A DNA stretch of 32,000 bases from an uncultured bacterium (GTDB lineage: Bacteria; Auribacterota; JACPWU01), in NCBI GenBank assembly GCA_964640155.1, contig CAZXEQ010000006.1, positions 145,164 through 177,163 of the forward strand, given 5' to 3'. The number at the start of each line of letters is the position of its first letter. Position 1 is the stretch's first letter. Positions 17,014 to 25,357 of the stretch are shown here, one piece after another. The notes under the pieces are model-generated. The model saw only the letters and a program-made list of their open reading frames with translations. It did no database searches and was not told the DNA's origin. The position numbers and the translations under genes are program-made.

Positions 17014-19203
17014 TTATGCAAATCTCTGAACAGCGACCGCTGTCGCCATAGAATCTGAAATACCCTGAATCATTTGATCCGGATCAAGAATTTTTACAGC
17101 TGGAATAACCCCACCACTGATCGCCTGAGCTTCACGAGTTAACTCTGCATATTCATCATCCGATAATTCACTTCTCATTCCTTCAATAACAGCTAGATAA
17201 ATATCCCGAAGCTGTCCAAGCGCTTGTGCACGATCATCAATATAAAGAAGTTCTACTCCAGCTAAGAGAAGAGCAATAGAAACTCTTTGACCTCCTTGAG
17301 CTTGTTGAACTTTAAGTGTTTTTTGATCAGTACCAAAACTATCTACTCTATAAGTAGCTTCGTTAGCTTCAGACACATAGAATAAAACATTATTAGCTCT
17401 GGCTGCAAATTTCGCTTGAGCTTCTGTTCTACCTGCATTTACACGAGCTGTTACTTGCTCAAGTAAATTTTGGGCATTCGTGAAAGCAATAGCCACAGGG
17501 CTACCTTGCGTCGTTGCATCCATGGCTTGAAGAACATACTCTAATACAACCTGAGGCAATCGATTAGAAGCAACAACAAAGGTGATATCTCCTTTTTGAG
17601 CTCTAATTTGATTCATTTTTGCAACAATGGATGGCCCCACATTTGCAACAAGTTTAGACAATTTTAAGGCTCCATCTTCTTTTAAAGTTCCATCCGCATT
17701 TAAAATCTCTGCATAATTAATATCGCCCACCAAGGCATCCACATCAATCACTGCCACACGAGGATCAGCTGGAATGGCTTGTCCTGCATTTACCTGTGCC
17801 ACCAATAGCGCGTTTTCAAGTTTTGTATCTCTAGCATTTCTTCTTTCAGCCGTTGCAGCTGCACGAATCAGAAAAGCAACAAGATTGGCTCGAGTTGCTT
17901 CAACTCCTTTTTTAACAGTTCCCTCTTTTAAAAGGGCTGCATTCAGGAAAAGTTTCCCTGCATTTCCCACCAAAGCAATTATGCCGTCCGCTAAAGCTCC
18001 TGTTACTACTTGTTCACCGATTTTCACGGTACTGCCCGTAACAGTAACTTCAACACCTGTTTCTTCGATAGTTACCGCTGCTAAGACTCTTGCAATTTCT
18101 TCTCGCTGGGCTTGAGTTAAACGATAATAAGATCTTAGAGCAAGAGCATCTGCTAAATCTTGAGCATTTGAAAATTTAAATCCGCTATTAGGATTTTCAT
18201 GAAGGCTTAAACGATAAAGTAAAGCAGCATCATGAAGCGAATTTTCTCTACCAACCACACTTGGAGCAACCAATTCGGTTTGAATTGCAGTAATAATTTG
18301 ATGAGGTAAATCAGCGCCTCCTTCTAAAGCAACACCCGCCTGAGTTAAACCAGCAACTAATGCTTCTTCGATATCTTCATGTGTCATATGATGTGCAATA
18401 TCATCAACCCGTGTCGCATTTGCTTCTAAAAATTTTTGTTCATAATAAGCAACGGATCTTCCGTCTGCTGTCACAAATGCCACCAAAAACTGATTTTCAG
18501 GATCATTCATCACTTGCGTCTCATCAAGCAAGCGATTTACAACTGCATCCAAATTAGCATAGTTTTTTGTTACAGCTTGAATTACTGCATCAATTTTATC
18601 AGGAGTAACACCTTTAGCTTCTAAAGCTTTTCTTAAACGAGCAGTATCAATTGAGTCAGTCAAAGCTTTCTTTAAAGCAGTTTTAATAGCCTCTAATTGG
18701 CCTTGGCCTTCTGTTCCTCTTTTATTAAAAGAATTTCTCAAAGAAACGGGTTGAGTTGTTTGAGCTAAAGCGGCTACGCGAGCAATAGAAGCAGGATCAT
18801 GTTCTCCAACAAAAGCGCCTCCTGCAGGAGGTGCTGGTGGGGCCGCATTGGGACCTACACCAACGGATACTCCGCCGCCAGGTAATAGACTGGCAAGAAC
18901 GGATACAGTTTGACCATTATTAGCCACATCAAAACGAACTGCATCATCTTCAGCCCGGACATTTGCTACAGTCGCCTCCGGAACAGATTCACGCACAACT
19001 GCTTCTACTGCAGCAACAGCGGTGGCATCGTCAGGACGCTCTTTGAGGGCACGCACTGCCTGTGCTCCCCTCTGTTCAAGACTATCTTTCAATGCAGGCG
19101 ACAACTTCTCCGCCACCAAAGTCGCAGCAAAAGTCTGCGCAACAAAAGCGAGCATACTCATGCCTAAAAGTATTTTACTTGTTAAAAGTTTACTGAGCTT
19201 CAT
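17014..19203 (-). CDS. hypothetical secreted Ala/Val/Gly-rich protein with no recognisable family
   Basis: 729 aa. Signal peptide LLGMSMLAFVAQTFA|A. Pro/Ala/Gly linker GPNAAPPAPPAGGA. The ATG overlaps the upstream stop (ATGA at 19200-19203). GC content is visibly higher than in the neighbouring genes. Confidence 0.85.
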   Translation of the reverse strand: MKLSKLLTSKILLGMSMLAFVAQTFAATLVAEKLSPALKDSLEQRGAQAVRALKERPDDATAVAAVEAVVRESVPEATVANVRAEDDAVRFDVANNGQTVSVLASLLPGGGVSVGVGPNAAPPAPPAGGAFVGEHDPASIARVAALAQTTQPVSLRNSFNKRGTEGQGQLEAIKTALKKALTDSIDTARLRKALEAKGVTPDKIDAVIQAVTKNYANLDAVVNRLLDETQVMNDPENQFLVAFVTADGRSVAYYEQKFLEANATRVDDIAHHMTHEDIEEALVAGLTQAGVALEGGADLPHQIITAIQTELVAPSVVGRENSLHDAALLYRLSLHENPNSGFKFSNAQDLADALALRSYYRLTQAQREEIARVLAAVTIEETGVEVTVTGSTVKIGEQVVTGALADGIIALVGNAGKLFLNAALLKEGTVKKGVEATRANLVAFLIRAAATAERRNARDTKLENALLVAQVNAGQAIPADPRVAVIDVDALVGDINYAEILNADGTLKEDGALKLSKLVANVGPSIVAKMNQIRAQKGDITFVVASNRLPQVVLEYVLQAMDATTQGSPVAIAFTNAQNLLEQVTARVNAGRTEAQAKFAARANNVLFYVSEANEATYRVDSFGTDQKTLKVQQAQGGQRVSIALLLAGVELLYIDDRAQALGQLRDIYLAVIEGMRSELSDDEYAELTREAQAISGGVIPAVKILDPDQMIQGISDSMATAVAVQRFA

Positions 19204-20942
19204 TTTGTAATTCCTCCTCTTTCCTGGGGAATAGTCCCCTGATTATTAAAATAAGTTTTAAGTCCTTCAAAAATGTTTTTGGAGCCCATCATCACGCGTA
19301 CATACGGACTGTCGATGACTTCTGCTTGAATCGAAGGTGTAATCACACAGTACCCCATCCCCTTTTCTTTCAAGAAGCTCTTAATGGCTTCCGTATGAAA
19401 TCCTCCGGCAATCAAAATCACCACATCTACCTTTTCTTTTTCCATTGCTGTTAAAAGGTTCGTGGTTAAAGACTCATTTCTTTGATTGGCCAAAGTGTAA
19501 AAATCTTCAGCGTAAGGGGTTAAATTTTTAAAGAATTTTTCATCCAAAATATCAAAACCACTTCGGGCTGGAATATTATGTTTCTTAGAATTTTCTTTTA
19601 GAAAATTCATTACACCCTCTAATGTCATTTCTGTTTTACGAGCCAAATAATCAGCTAATTCTTGCTGATTGAGTTCAGCCAAATAGAGTTTTTTGAGGGT
19701 TTTTAAATTCTTTGAAAATTTTAAAAGAGTTTTTTCTTCTTGAGTTTTAGCCAAACTCTCAGAAACTCTGTCCTCTGACTCATCTAATTCCCTAAAAAGG
19801 GCTTTGCTTTGAATATGTCCAAAAACCTTTTCATATTCGATGAATTTGAGAAGTTCGGCATGAGGAAAAGTTTTATTTTTAAGTTCGACTGCATAATGCT
19901 TCTGAATAAGTCCTTCTAAATATAAGTAGTAGTCTAAGGCTGAAACACGTCCCAATCGATATCCGAGTGTCTTAGAAAGAAATTCGTTGAGAGCTTTTTG
20001 ATTTTCAGCGGAGACTGCTTTATCATCTGTTGAGCCCGAAATCTTAGAGGAAATTTGGGTTAAAAAATCGGTTCTTTCTTTTTCGACTTTCTCAAAATTA
20101 ATATTCTTTTCTAAAGCTTCTTTTTGGATGAAAAGGGTTAGATTGGGATACTTCTCTTTAAAATCTTTTGCTTCTACCGATCCTATCACTTTTCCATAAA
20201 TCTTAAGTACTTCCAAAGCATAAGCGCTAAAAGTGATCTCATTTTTCTCAGAACGATGGATTAAATCTCTGAATTTCTTTAATTCTTCAGAATAAATCTT
20301 TTGCTCTAAATCCTGAAGTTGATGTTCGAAAAGCTGAAAAATTAAAGTGAGACGTTCTCGATGAGGCGCCAAGGAACGAAAGGCTTGTAAATTTTTTTCA
20401 TAAACATCTTTGTCCTCAATACCATAAATTGTAATTGGAGCCCCTAAAACAGCGAGGGCATATTCAACCCCCATCGCATCTCCATTCTTCATCAAATCAT
20501 TAAAAACCTTTTCGCGAACAGGAACTGGGGTGTGCTCAACCATTAAATTGGCCGGATCAAATTTACCCCAATAGCCTTCGATACATACAAGGGAGATTTG
20601 ATAGCGTTTGGTTAAAGATTCTAAAATTTTGGCAATGTTCATCTGTGCTTCATAAATACAATGGGCGTCTCTTATATGAATGACCAATTTAGGAGATACG
20701 GAAGATTTTGAGGAGGATTTAGAAGAATCTTGTTTGTCTTTTGAGTTTGTAAGAGCTTCTGATCCACCTGTTAAGGTTGGAAGCCAAATTTCATCAATAT
20801 TACCATAACTTTCAGGAATAGTGAGTTTGGATAGCTTTTCTGCATCTAAACGGCCAGGTTTCTTAGCCGCTTCACTGAAAGAAACAAAGCAAGATAATGA
20901 AATAATGCTTAAAATGATCCATTTTTGTTTAGCCATAGTCAT
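19200..20942 (-). CDS. hypothetical secreted protein with Tiki/ChaN/erythromycin-esterase-like His motifs
   Basis: The ORF is open to 20984, but that first ATG lies inside the predicted promoter spacer. The ATG at 20942 has a GGGGAAGGA SD site and yields a clean signal peptide, MTMAKQKWIILSIISLSCFVSFSEA|A. Motifs: HIRDAHCIYEAQ, LVCIEGY and ILIAGGFHTEAI. Confidence 0.8.
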   Translation of the reverse strand: MTMAKQKWIILSIISLSCFVSFSEAAKKPGRLDAEKLSKLTIPESYGNIDEIWLPTLTGGSEALTNSKDKQDSSKSSSKSSVSPKLVIHIRDAHCIYEAQMNIAKILESLTKRYQISLVCIEGYWGKFDPANLMVEHTPVPVREKVFNDLMKNGDAMGVEYALAVLGAPITIYGIEDKDVYEKNLQAFRSLAPHRERLTLIFQLFEHQLQDLEQKIYSEELKKFRDLIHRSEKNEITFSAYALEVLKIYGKVIGSVEAKDFKEKYPNLTLFIQKEALEKNINFEKVEKERTDFLTQISSKISGSTDDKAVSAENQKALNEFLSKTLGYRLGRVSALDYYLYLEGLIQKHYAVELKNKTFPHAELLKFIEYEKVFGHIQSKALFRELDESEDRVSESLAKTQEEKTLLKFSKNLKTLKKLYLAELNQQELADYLARKTEMTLEGVMNFLKENSKKHNIPARSGFDILDEKFFKNLTPYAEDFYTLANQRNESLTTNLLTAMEKEKVDVVILIAGGFHTEAIKSFLKEKGMGYCVITPSIQAEVIDSPYVRVMMGSKNIFEGLKTYFNNQGTIPQERGGITK

Positions 20943-20972
20943 GGAATCCTTCCCCTTTTGCTTGGTAGAAAG

Positions 20973-21001
20973 TTTATACCACATAAAATGCCCTGCGTCA
21001 A
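20973..21001 (-). promoter_or_regulatory. putative extended -10 sigma70 promoter for the two-gene secreted-protein unit
   Basis: On the minus strand: TTGACG (20996-21001), 17-nt spacer, TGgTATAAA (-10 hexamer at 20973-20978). Confidence 0.5.
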
Positions 21002-21092
21002 GTTAGAGACAAAAATAGATATAACTTGTTTATTATGAAATAGTTAAGGAAATACAAAATTGTACTGTTCGAATTGCTTAGAAACTTTATAT

Positions 21093-21284
21093 TCACTTAG
21101 AAAGTAATTTAACAAGAAGGTATATGGCGGCAACCCCTAAAAGTGCAAAACCAATTTTACGAAGTTTTTTCAATCTTAAAATATCCTTTTCAGGAATACC
21201 CGTCGGTTTAGTAAATATTTTAGGATAAAGTAGAATGAGAAGGCCACTCACGAGAGGGATTGCAATATCGACATAACCTGTCAT
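21093..21284 (-). CDS. small two-TM membrane protein
   Basis: 63 aa with two hydrophobic helices flanking a basic loop (LRLKKLRK). SD site AGAGGTGA lies 4-5 nt before the ATG. Starts 21 nt after the aspS stop. Confidence 0.6.
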   Translation of the reverse strand: MTGYVDIAIPLVSGLLILLYPKIFTKPTGIPEKDILRLKKLRKIGFALLGVAAIYLLVKLLSK

Positions 21285-21305
21285 CTTTCACCTCTTTTGT
21301 CTAAA

Positions 21306-23066
21306 TCATGAAAATTTTAGATTCAACTCTTTTAACTGTTTCGGCGCTACTTCCGAAGGAGATGCGGTAAGTAGACAAGTCGCACTTTGAGTTTTGGGGA
21401 ATGCAATCGTATCTCGAATAGACTTAAGACCTAAAAGAATCATAGTTAAGCGGTCTAATCCGATAGCGATTCCTCCATGAGGAGGAGCTCCATGTTGGAA
21501 GGCATCTAAAAGAAATCCAAATTTCTTTTGAGCATTTTCATTATCAATGCCCAGAAGATTAAACATTTTGCTCTGTAATTCCAGAGAATGAATTCGAATA
21601 CTGCCTCCCCCTACTTCTGTTCCATTAATAACCAAATCATATGCCTTGGCCTTGGCCTTGAGAGGGTCTGTGTCCAAAAGAGTGAAATCTTCTTTTTTAG
21701 GACTGGTGAAAGGATGATGCACGGCTACAAATTTTTTCTCTTCTTCACTGTATTCTAAAAGAGGAAAATCTACCACCCAAAGTAAAGCAAACTCTGTTTT
21801 GGGTTTTATATTCAAAACTTCTGCAAGCTTCAGTCTGAGTTGTCCAAGTGATTGATGAACGACTGATTCTTGATCTGCTACAAAAAGAAGCAAGTCTCCA
21901 ACTTCAGCTTTCATCTGAGAACGAATTTCATCAAGTTGAGCTGCATCAAAAAATTTGGTAATAGCAGATTTTAATTCACCATTGGCCTCTACCTTCATCC
22001 AAGCCAGACCTTTAGCACCTAAGGTTTTTACAAATTCAGTTAAAGATTCAATATCCTTTAATGAAAGATGCGCTCCATTTTTTGCATTGATTCCTTTCAC
22101 ACGACCTTTTTTCTCAACCGTGTCTCGAAAGACTTTAAAATTCACTCGGGCAGAGAAATCCGTCAAATCCACCAATTCCAAATCATATCTCAAATCAGGC
22201 TTATCGCAGCCATAACGTTCCATGGCGTCTTGATAAGGCATTCTTGTAAAGGGAGTTTTCAAATCTTTCCCTAAAATAACTTTAAATACTTGAGACATGA
22301 GCCCTTCGATTAAGCGATAAACATCTTCTTCATCGATAAAAGACATTTCAATATCGATTTGTGTATGTTCAGGTTGGCGATCGGCGCGTAAATCTTCATC
22401 ACGAAAACATTTTACAATTTGAAAATAACGATCAAATCCGGAGACCATCAAAAGTTGTTTGAAAAGCTGAGGAGATTGTGGAAGCGCATAAAACTTTCCA
22501 GGATAAATACGGCTTGGAACAAGATAGTCTCTTGCCCCCTCAGGGGTACTTTTAGTCAGCATGGGAGTTTCAACTTCCATAAAGGAAAGTTTATCTAAAT
22601 AGTCTCTAGCGATTTTGGTAATGCGATATCGGGACAAAAGATTTTTCTGCATGCTGGGCCGTCTTAAATCTAAGTATCGAAATTTAAGGCGTAAGTCTTC
22701 CGATACATCTACATTATCTTCGACAGGAAAAGGTGGAGTTTCGGAAGAACTCAAGATTTCTAATTCATTCGCAATGATTTCAATTTCTCCAGTAGGTAAT
22801 TTAGAATTAACAGTTCCTGCCGGGCGTTCTCCTACTTCCCCTTTCACGCAAATCACATATTCGGGACGAATCTCTTTAGCTATTTTGTGAGCCTGTGCAT
22901 GTAACTCAGGATTAAAGACAACTTGTGTAAGTCCATACCGATCTCTTAAATCGACAAAAACCAAGCCCCCATGATCTCGACGGGTTCCCACCCATCCACA
23001 AAGAGTCACTTTTTGTCCTAAATGAGATTTATTCAAATCGCTACATGTATGGGTTCGCATGGACAT
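21306..23066 (-). CDS. aspS: aspartate--tRNA ligase
   Basis: 586 aa. N-terminal OB fold (GWVGTRRDHGGLVFVDLRD). Class II motif 2 FRDEDLRADRQPEHTQID, then GGGSIRIH, then motif 3 GIAIGLDRL. Confidence 0.97.
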   Translation of the reverse strand: MSMRTHTCSDLNKSHLGQKVTLCGWVGTRRDHGGLVFVDLRDRYGLTQVVFNPELHAQAHKIAKEIRPEYVICVKGEVGERPAGTVNSKLPTGEIEIIANELEILSSSETPPFPVEDNVDVSEDLRLKFRYLDLRRPSMQKNLLSRYRITKIARDYLDKLSFMEVETPMLTKSTPEGARDYLVPSRIYPGKFYALPQSPQLFKQLLMVSGFDRYFQIVKCFRDEDLRADRQPEHTQIDIEMSFIDEEDVYRLIEGLMSQVFKVILGKDLKTPFTRMPYQDAMERYGCDKPDLRYDLELVDLTDFSARVNFKVFRDTVEKKGRVKGINAKNGAHLSLKDIESLTEFVKTLGAKGLAWMKVEANGELKSAITKFFDAAQLDEIRSQMKAEVGDLLLFVADQESVVHQSLGQLRLKLAEVLNIKPKTEFALLWVVDFPLLEYSEEEKKFVAVHHPFTSPKKEDFTLLDTDPLKAKAKAYDLVINGTEVGGGSIRIHSLELQSKMFNLLGIDNENAQKKFGFLLDAFQHGAPPHGGIAIGLDRLTMILLGLKSIRDTIAFPKTQSATCLLTASPSEVAPKQLKELNLKFS

Positions 23067-23114
23067 ATTTAAATTCCTGTTTAAGATTTCTAGTTTTTAT
23101 TTTTAAATAATTTT

Positions 23115-24374
23115 TCAGATCTTTTGTTGAATGACTTCTAAAATTTTCTGTTCACTCAGTTCTTCTTCAGTGCTTTCTTTCATATTCTTTAACTTCACCA
23201 CTCCTCGGTTTAATTCATCATCTCCTCGAAGTAATACGTAAGGAACTTCTAATTTATTGGCCCTTCGAAGTTGTGATTTTAAACTTTTGGAATCATAATC
23301 CATTTCACAAGCAATGCCCAGTGCTCTTAATTTATTTCTCAACGCAAAATTTGCTTCAAAAGCTTTTTCACCCAATGCAGCAAGAAAAAAAAGTGCAGAT
23401 TTAGGGCGCCCTTCTTGAGGGAAATGATCTCCCAAAGCCAAGAGGATTCGTTCCATCCCCATGGCAAAACCCACAGCTCCCAAAGCAGGTCCGCCCATGG
23501 ATTTTACAAGTCCATCATAACGTCCTCCTGCCGCAACCGCATCCTGAGCGCCTAAAGAAGCATGTGTCACTTCAAAAATGGTTCGCGTGTAATAATCAAG
23601 TCCTCGGACCATTTTTGGGGCAAGCTCAAAAGAAATTTGAAGTTGATTTAAAAAGTGCTTCACTTGGGAAAAATGATTTTGACAAGGTTCACATAAAACA
23701 TCCGGAAGCAGAGGAATGAGATCTAAGAGCTTTTGACATTTCTCATTTTTACAATCGAGAACACGTAAAACATTTTTTTCAAAACGTCTTTGGCAATCTT
23801 CACATAGCTCAGAAACTTTCTCTTTCAAAGATTCACGCAAAACTTGTGTATATTTTGACTTACAATCAGAACAACCCACACTGTTGATTTTAAAGCGAGC
23901 ACCTGTTAAGCCAATCGAATCGAGTAATTTTTTTAAAAGATCTAAAACTTCTGCATCTACTGCTGGATGAGAACTTCCCAACACTTCAACTCCAATCTGA
24001 TGAAATTGACGCAAACGCCCTGCTTGAGGTCGCTCATGTCGGAACATAGGCCCGATGTAAAAAAACTTATGAAAACGATCTTCTTGATCCATTTGATGTT
24101 CTAAAAACGCACGCACCACGGGAGCCGTTGCTTCAGGCCGTAAAGTCAGACCTAAGCCCTTTTCTTCAGGGATGGTGTACATTTGTTTTTCAACAATGTC
24201 AGAAGTTTCACCCACAGAGCGGATAAAGAGTTCTGTGCGCTCAAATATCGGGGTTCTTAATTCTTCAAAACCAAATTGCGTAAAAATGCTTCGAGACTTA
24301 TTTTCTAAAAACTGCCATTTCCAAATTTCGCAAGGCAAAATATCATTGGTGCCTCTGACCGCCTGCATTCTCAT
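23115..24374 (-). CDS. hisS: histidine--tRNA ligase
   Basis: 419 aa. Motifs VRGTNDILP, FRHERPQAGRLRQFHQ, AAGGRYDGL and GFAMGMERI, plus a C-terminal anticodon-binding domain. Confidence 0.97.
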   Translation of the reverse strand: MRMQAVRGTNDILPCEIWKWQFLENKSRSIFTQFGFEELRTPIFERTELFIRSVGETSDIVEKQMYTIPEEKGLGLTLRPEATAPVVRAFLEHQMDQEDRFHKFFYIGPMFRHERPQAGRLRQFHQIGVEVLGSSHPAVDAEVLDLLKKLLDSIGLTGARFKINSVGCSDCKSKYTQVLRESLKEKVSELCEDCQRRFEKNVLRVLDCKNEKCQKLLDLIPLLPDVLCEPCQNHFSQVKHFLNQLQISFELAPKMVRGLDYYTRTIFEVTHASLGAQDAVAAGGRYDGLVKSMGGPALGAVGFAMGMERILLALGDHFPQEGRPKSALFFLAALGEKAFEANFALRNKLRALGIACEMDYDSKSLKSQLRRANKLEVPYVLLRGDDELNRGVVKLKNMKESTEEELSEQKILEVIQQKI

Positions 24375-25285
24375 GTTGTTTCCTTCTCGCCCATAATCTC
24401 GGGTGTTATCTTAAAATGAAGTTTTACAAGTTTAGAGAATTCTTCTTTCCCTAATTTTTTAAAAAGAGTTTTTGCTATTTCTTGAGCTTGTGCCCCTGCT
24501 CCTCTTGGAATTTCTGCTCCAACATTTTTACCCAATTCTTTCATACGATCTAAGAATTCTTGTCGAGCCAAAATAGAAGCCGCTGCAACCGCTAAATCCT
24601 CCTCACCATGATGCCTTTGTTCTAACTGAATCTTCTTTCCTTTTTCCATTAAAGCATTTAAAACAAGATGCTTTCCCCCAAACTGATCTAAAACAACACG
24701 ATCACATTCTACTTTCTCTAAAAGATTTTCTATCGTACGTGCATGTCCCCAAGCCAAAAGACGATTCAAATTTTTGATCTTACTATAAAGAGCGTTATAC
24801 CGTTCAGGACCGATAGTCACAAGAGAAAAAGGACATAAACCCTTAATCACTTTACTTAATTTCCCAATCGCTGCACTGGAAAGTTTTTTACTGTCTTTAA
24901 CACCTAAATCAACCAGCTTTCCTAATTGTTCTTTTTCAACATATACTCCAGCAATCACCAAAGGACCAAAATAGTCTCCTTTACCACTTTCATCAATTCC
25001 AATATGGGAATAACCTGATTCCACTGCAAACATGGCCTCATAGCCAAAACCCACACGTTTCAAAATCTCAGGTTCGAGAAAGAATTGTACAAAATCTGAT
25101 GTTCCCTTACCTTGAACAACCAGTTTTCCTTTCTCATAAAGAACAAGATTCACTTCTTTTACAAATGCCCCCCACTGCGCATAAGGTACATCTCTAAAAT
25201 GATAGTCTTTTTCAACCAAAGCTTTTCTAAGGGATTTAGCTTCTTGATCCGTCACCGTACATACATAATAGTTTTTTTGTGCCAT
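24371..25285 (-). CDS. rnhC: ribonuclease HIII
   Basis: 304 aa. An N-terminal extension of about 85 aa precedes the type 2 RNase H core motif GIDESGKGDYFGPLVIAGV. Length and architecture fit RNase HIII rather than HII. The stop overlaps the hisS start by 4 nt. Confidence 0.85.
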   Translation of the reverse strand: MAQKNYYVCTVTDQEAKSLRKALVEKDYHFRDVPYAQWGAFVKEVNLVLYEKGKLVVQGKGTSDFVQFFLEPEILKRVGFGYEAMFAVESGYSHIGIDESGKGDYFGPLVIAGVYVEKEQLGKLVDLGVKDSKKLSSAAIGKLSKVIKGLCPFSLVTIGPERYNALYSKIKNLNRLLAWGHARTIENLLEKVECDRVVLDQFGGKHLVLNALMEKGKKIQLEQRHHGEEDLAVAAASILARQEFLDRMKELGKNVGAEIPRGAGAQAQEIAKTLFKKLGKEEFSKLVKLHFKITPEIMGEKETT

Positions 25286-25312
25286 TGTAATTTTACTCTA
25301 ATAAGATAAAAG

Positions 25313-25340
25313 GGCCTTATTATGTAACAAAATGAAGGCC
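25313..25340 (-). terminator. weak hairpin between ftsQ and rnhC (possible attenuating terminator)
   Basis: GGCCTT (25313-25318) pairs with AAGGCC (25335-25340) across a 16-nt loop. On the minus strand it is followed by CTTTTATCTT. The stem is short and the loop is large. Confidence 0.25.
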
Positions 25341-25357
25341 GAAACTAGAATATTTTA

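Noticed and set aside
17014-19203. The GC-rich 729-aa gene could be a recently acquired horizontal island.
   Set aside because: No integrase, transposase, tRNA or direct-repeat boundary is present. The gene shares a 4-nt overlap with a low-GC partner inside one transcription unit. The shift is better explained by amino-acid composition. I keep it as a composition finding, not a mobile element.
17774-19210. Several fairly long plus-strand ORFs (17774-18115, 18360-18624, 18910-19210) lie antisense to the 729-aa gene.
   Set aside because: They are a by-product of the Ala/Val-rich codon content (GCN/GTN) of the minus-strand gene. Their products are low-complexity (S/A/T/C/R-rich), they have no SD sites, and they are fully embedded in a much longer and better-supported ORF.
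23682-23873. HisRS contains eight Cys in four pairs (CSDC, CEDC, CKNEKC, CEPC), which could be read as a novel zinc-finger insertion.
   Set aside because: Cys pairs in this insertion domain are a common feature of many bacterial HisRS enzymes, as far as I recall. It is not evidence of a new module.
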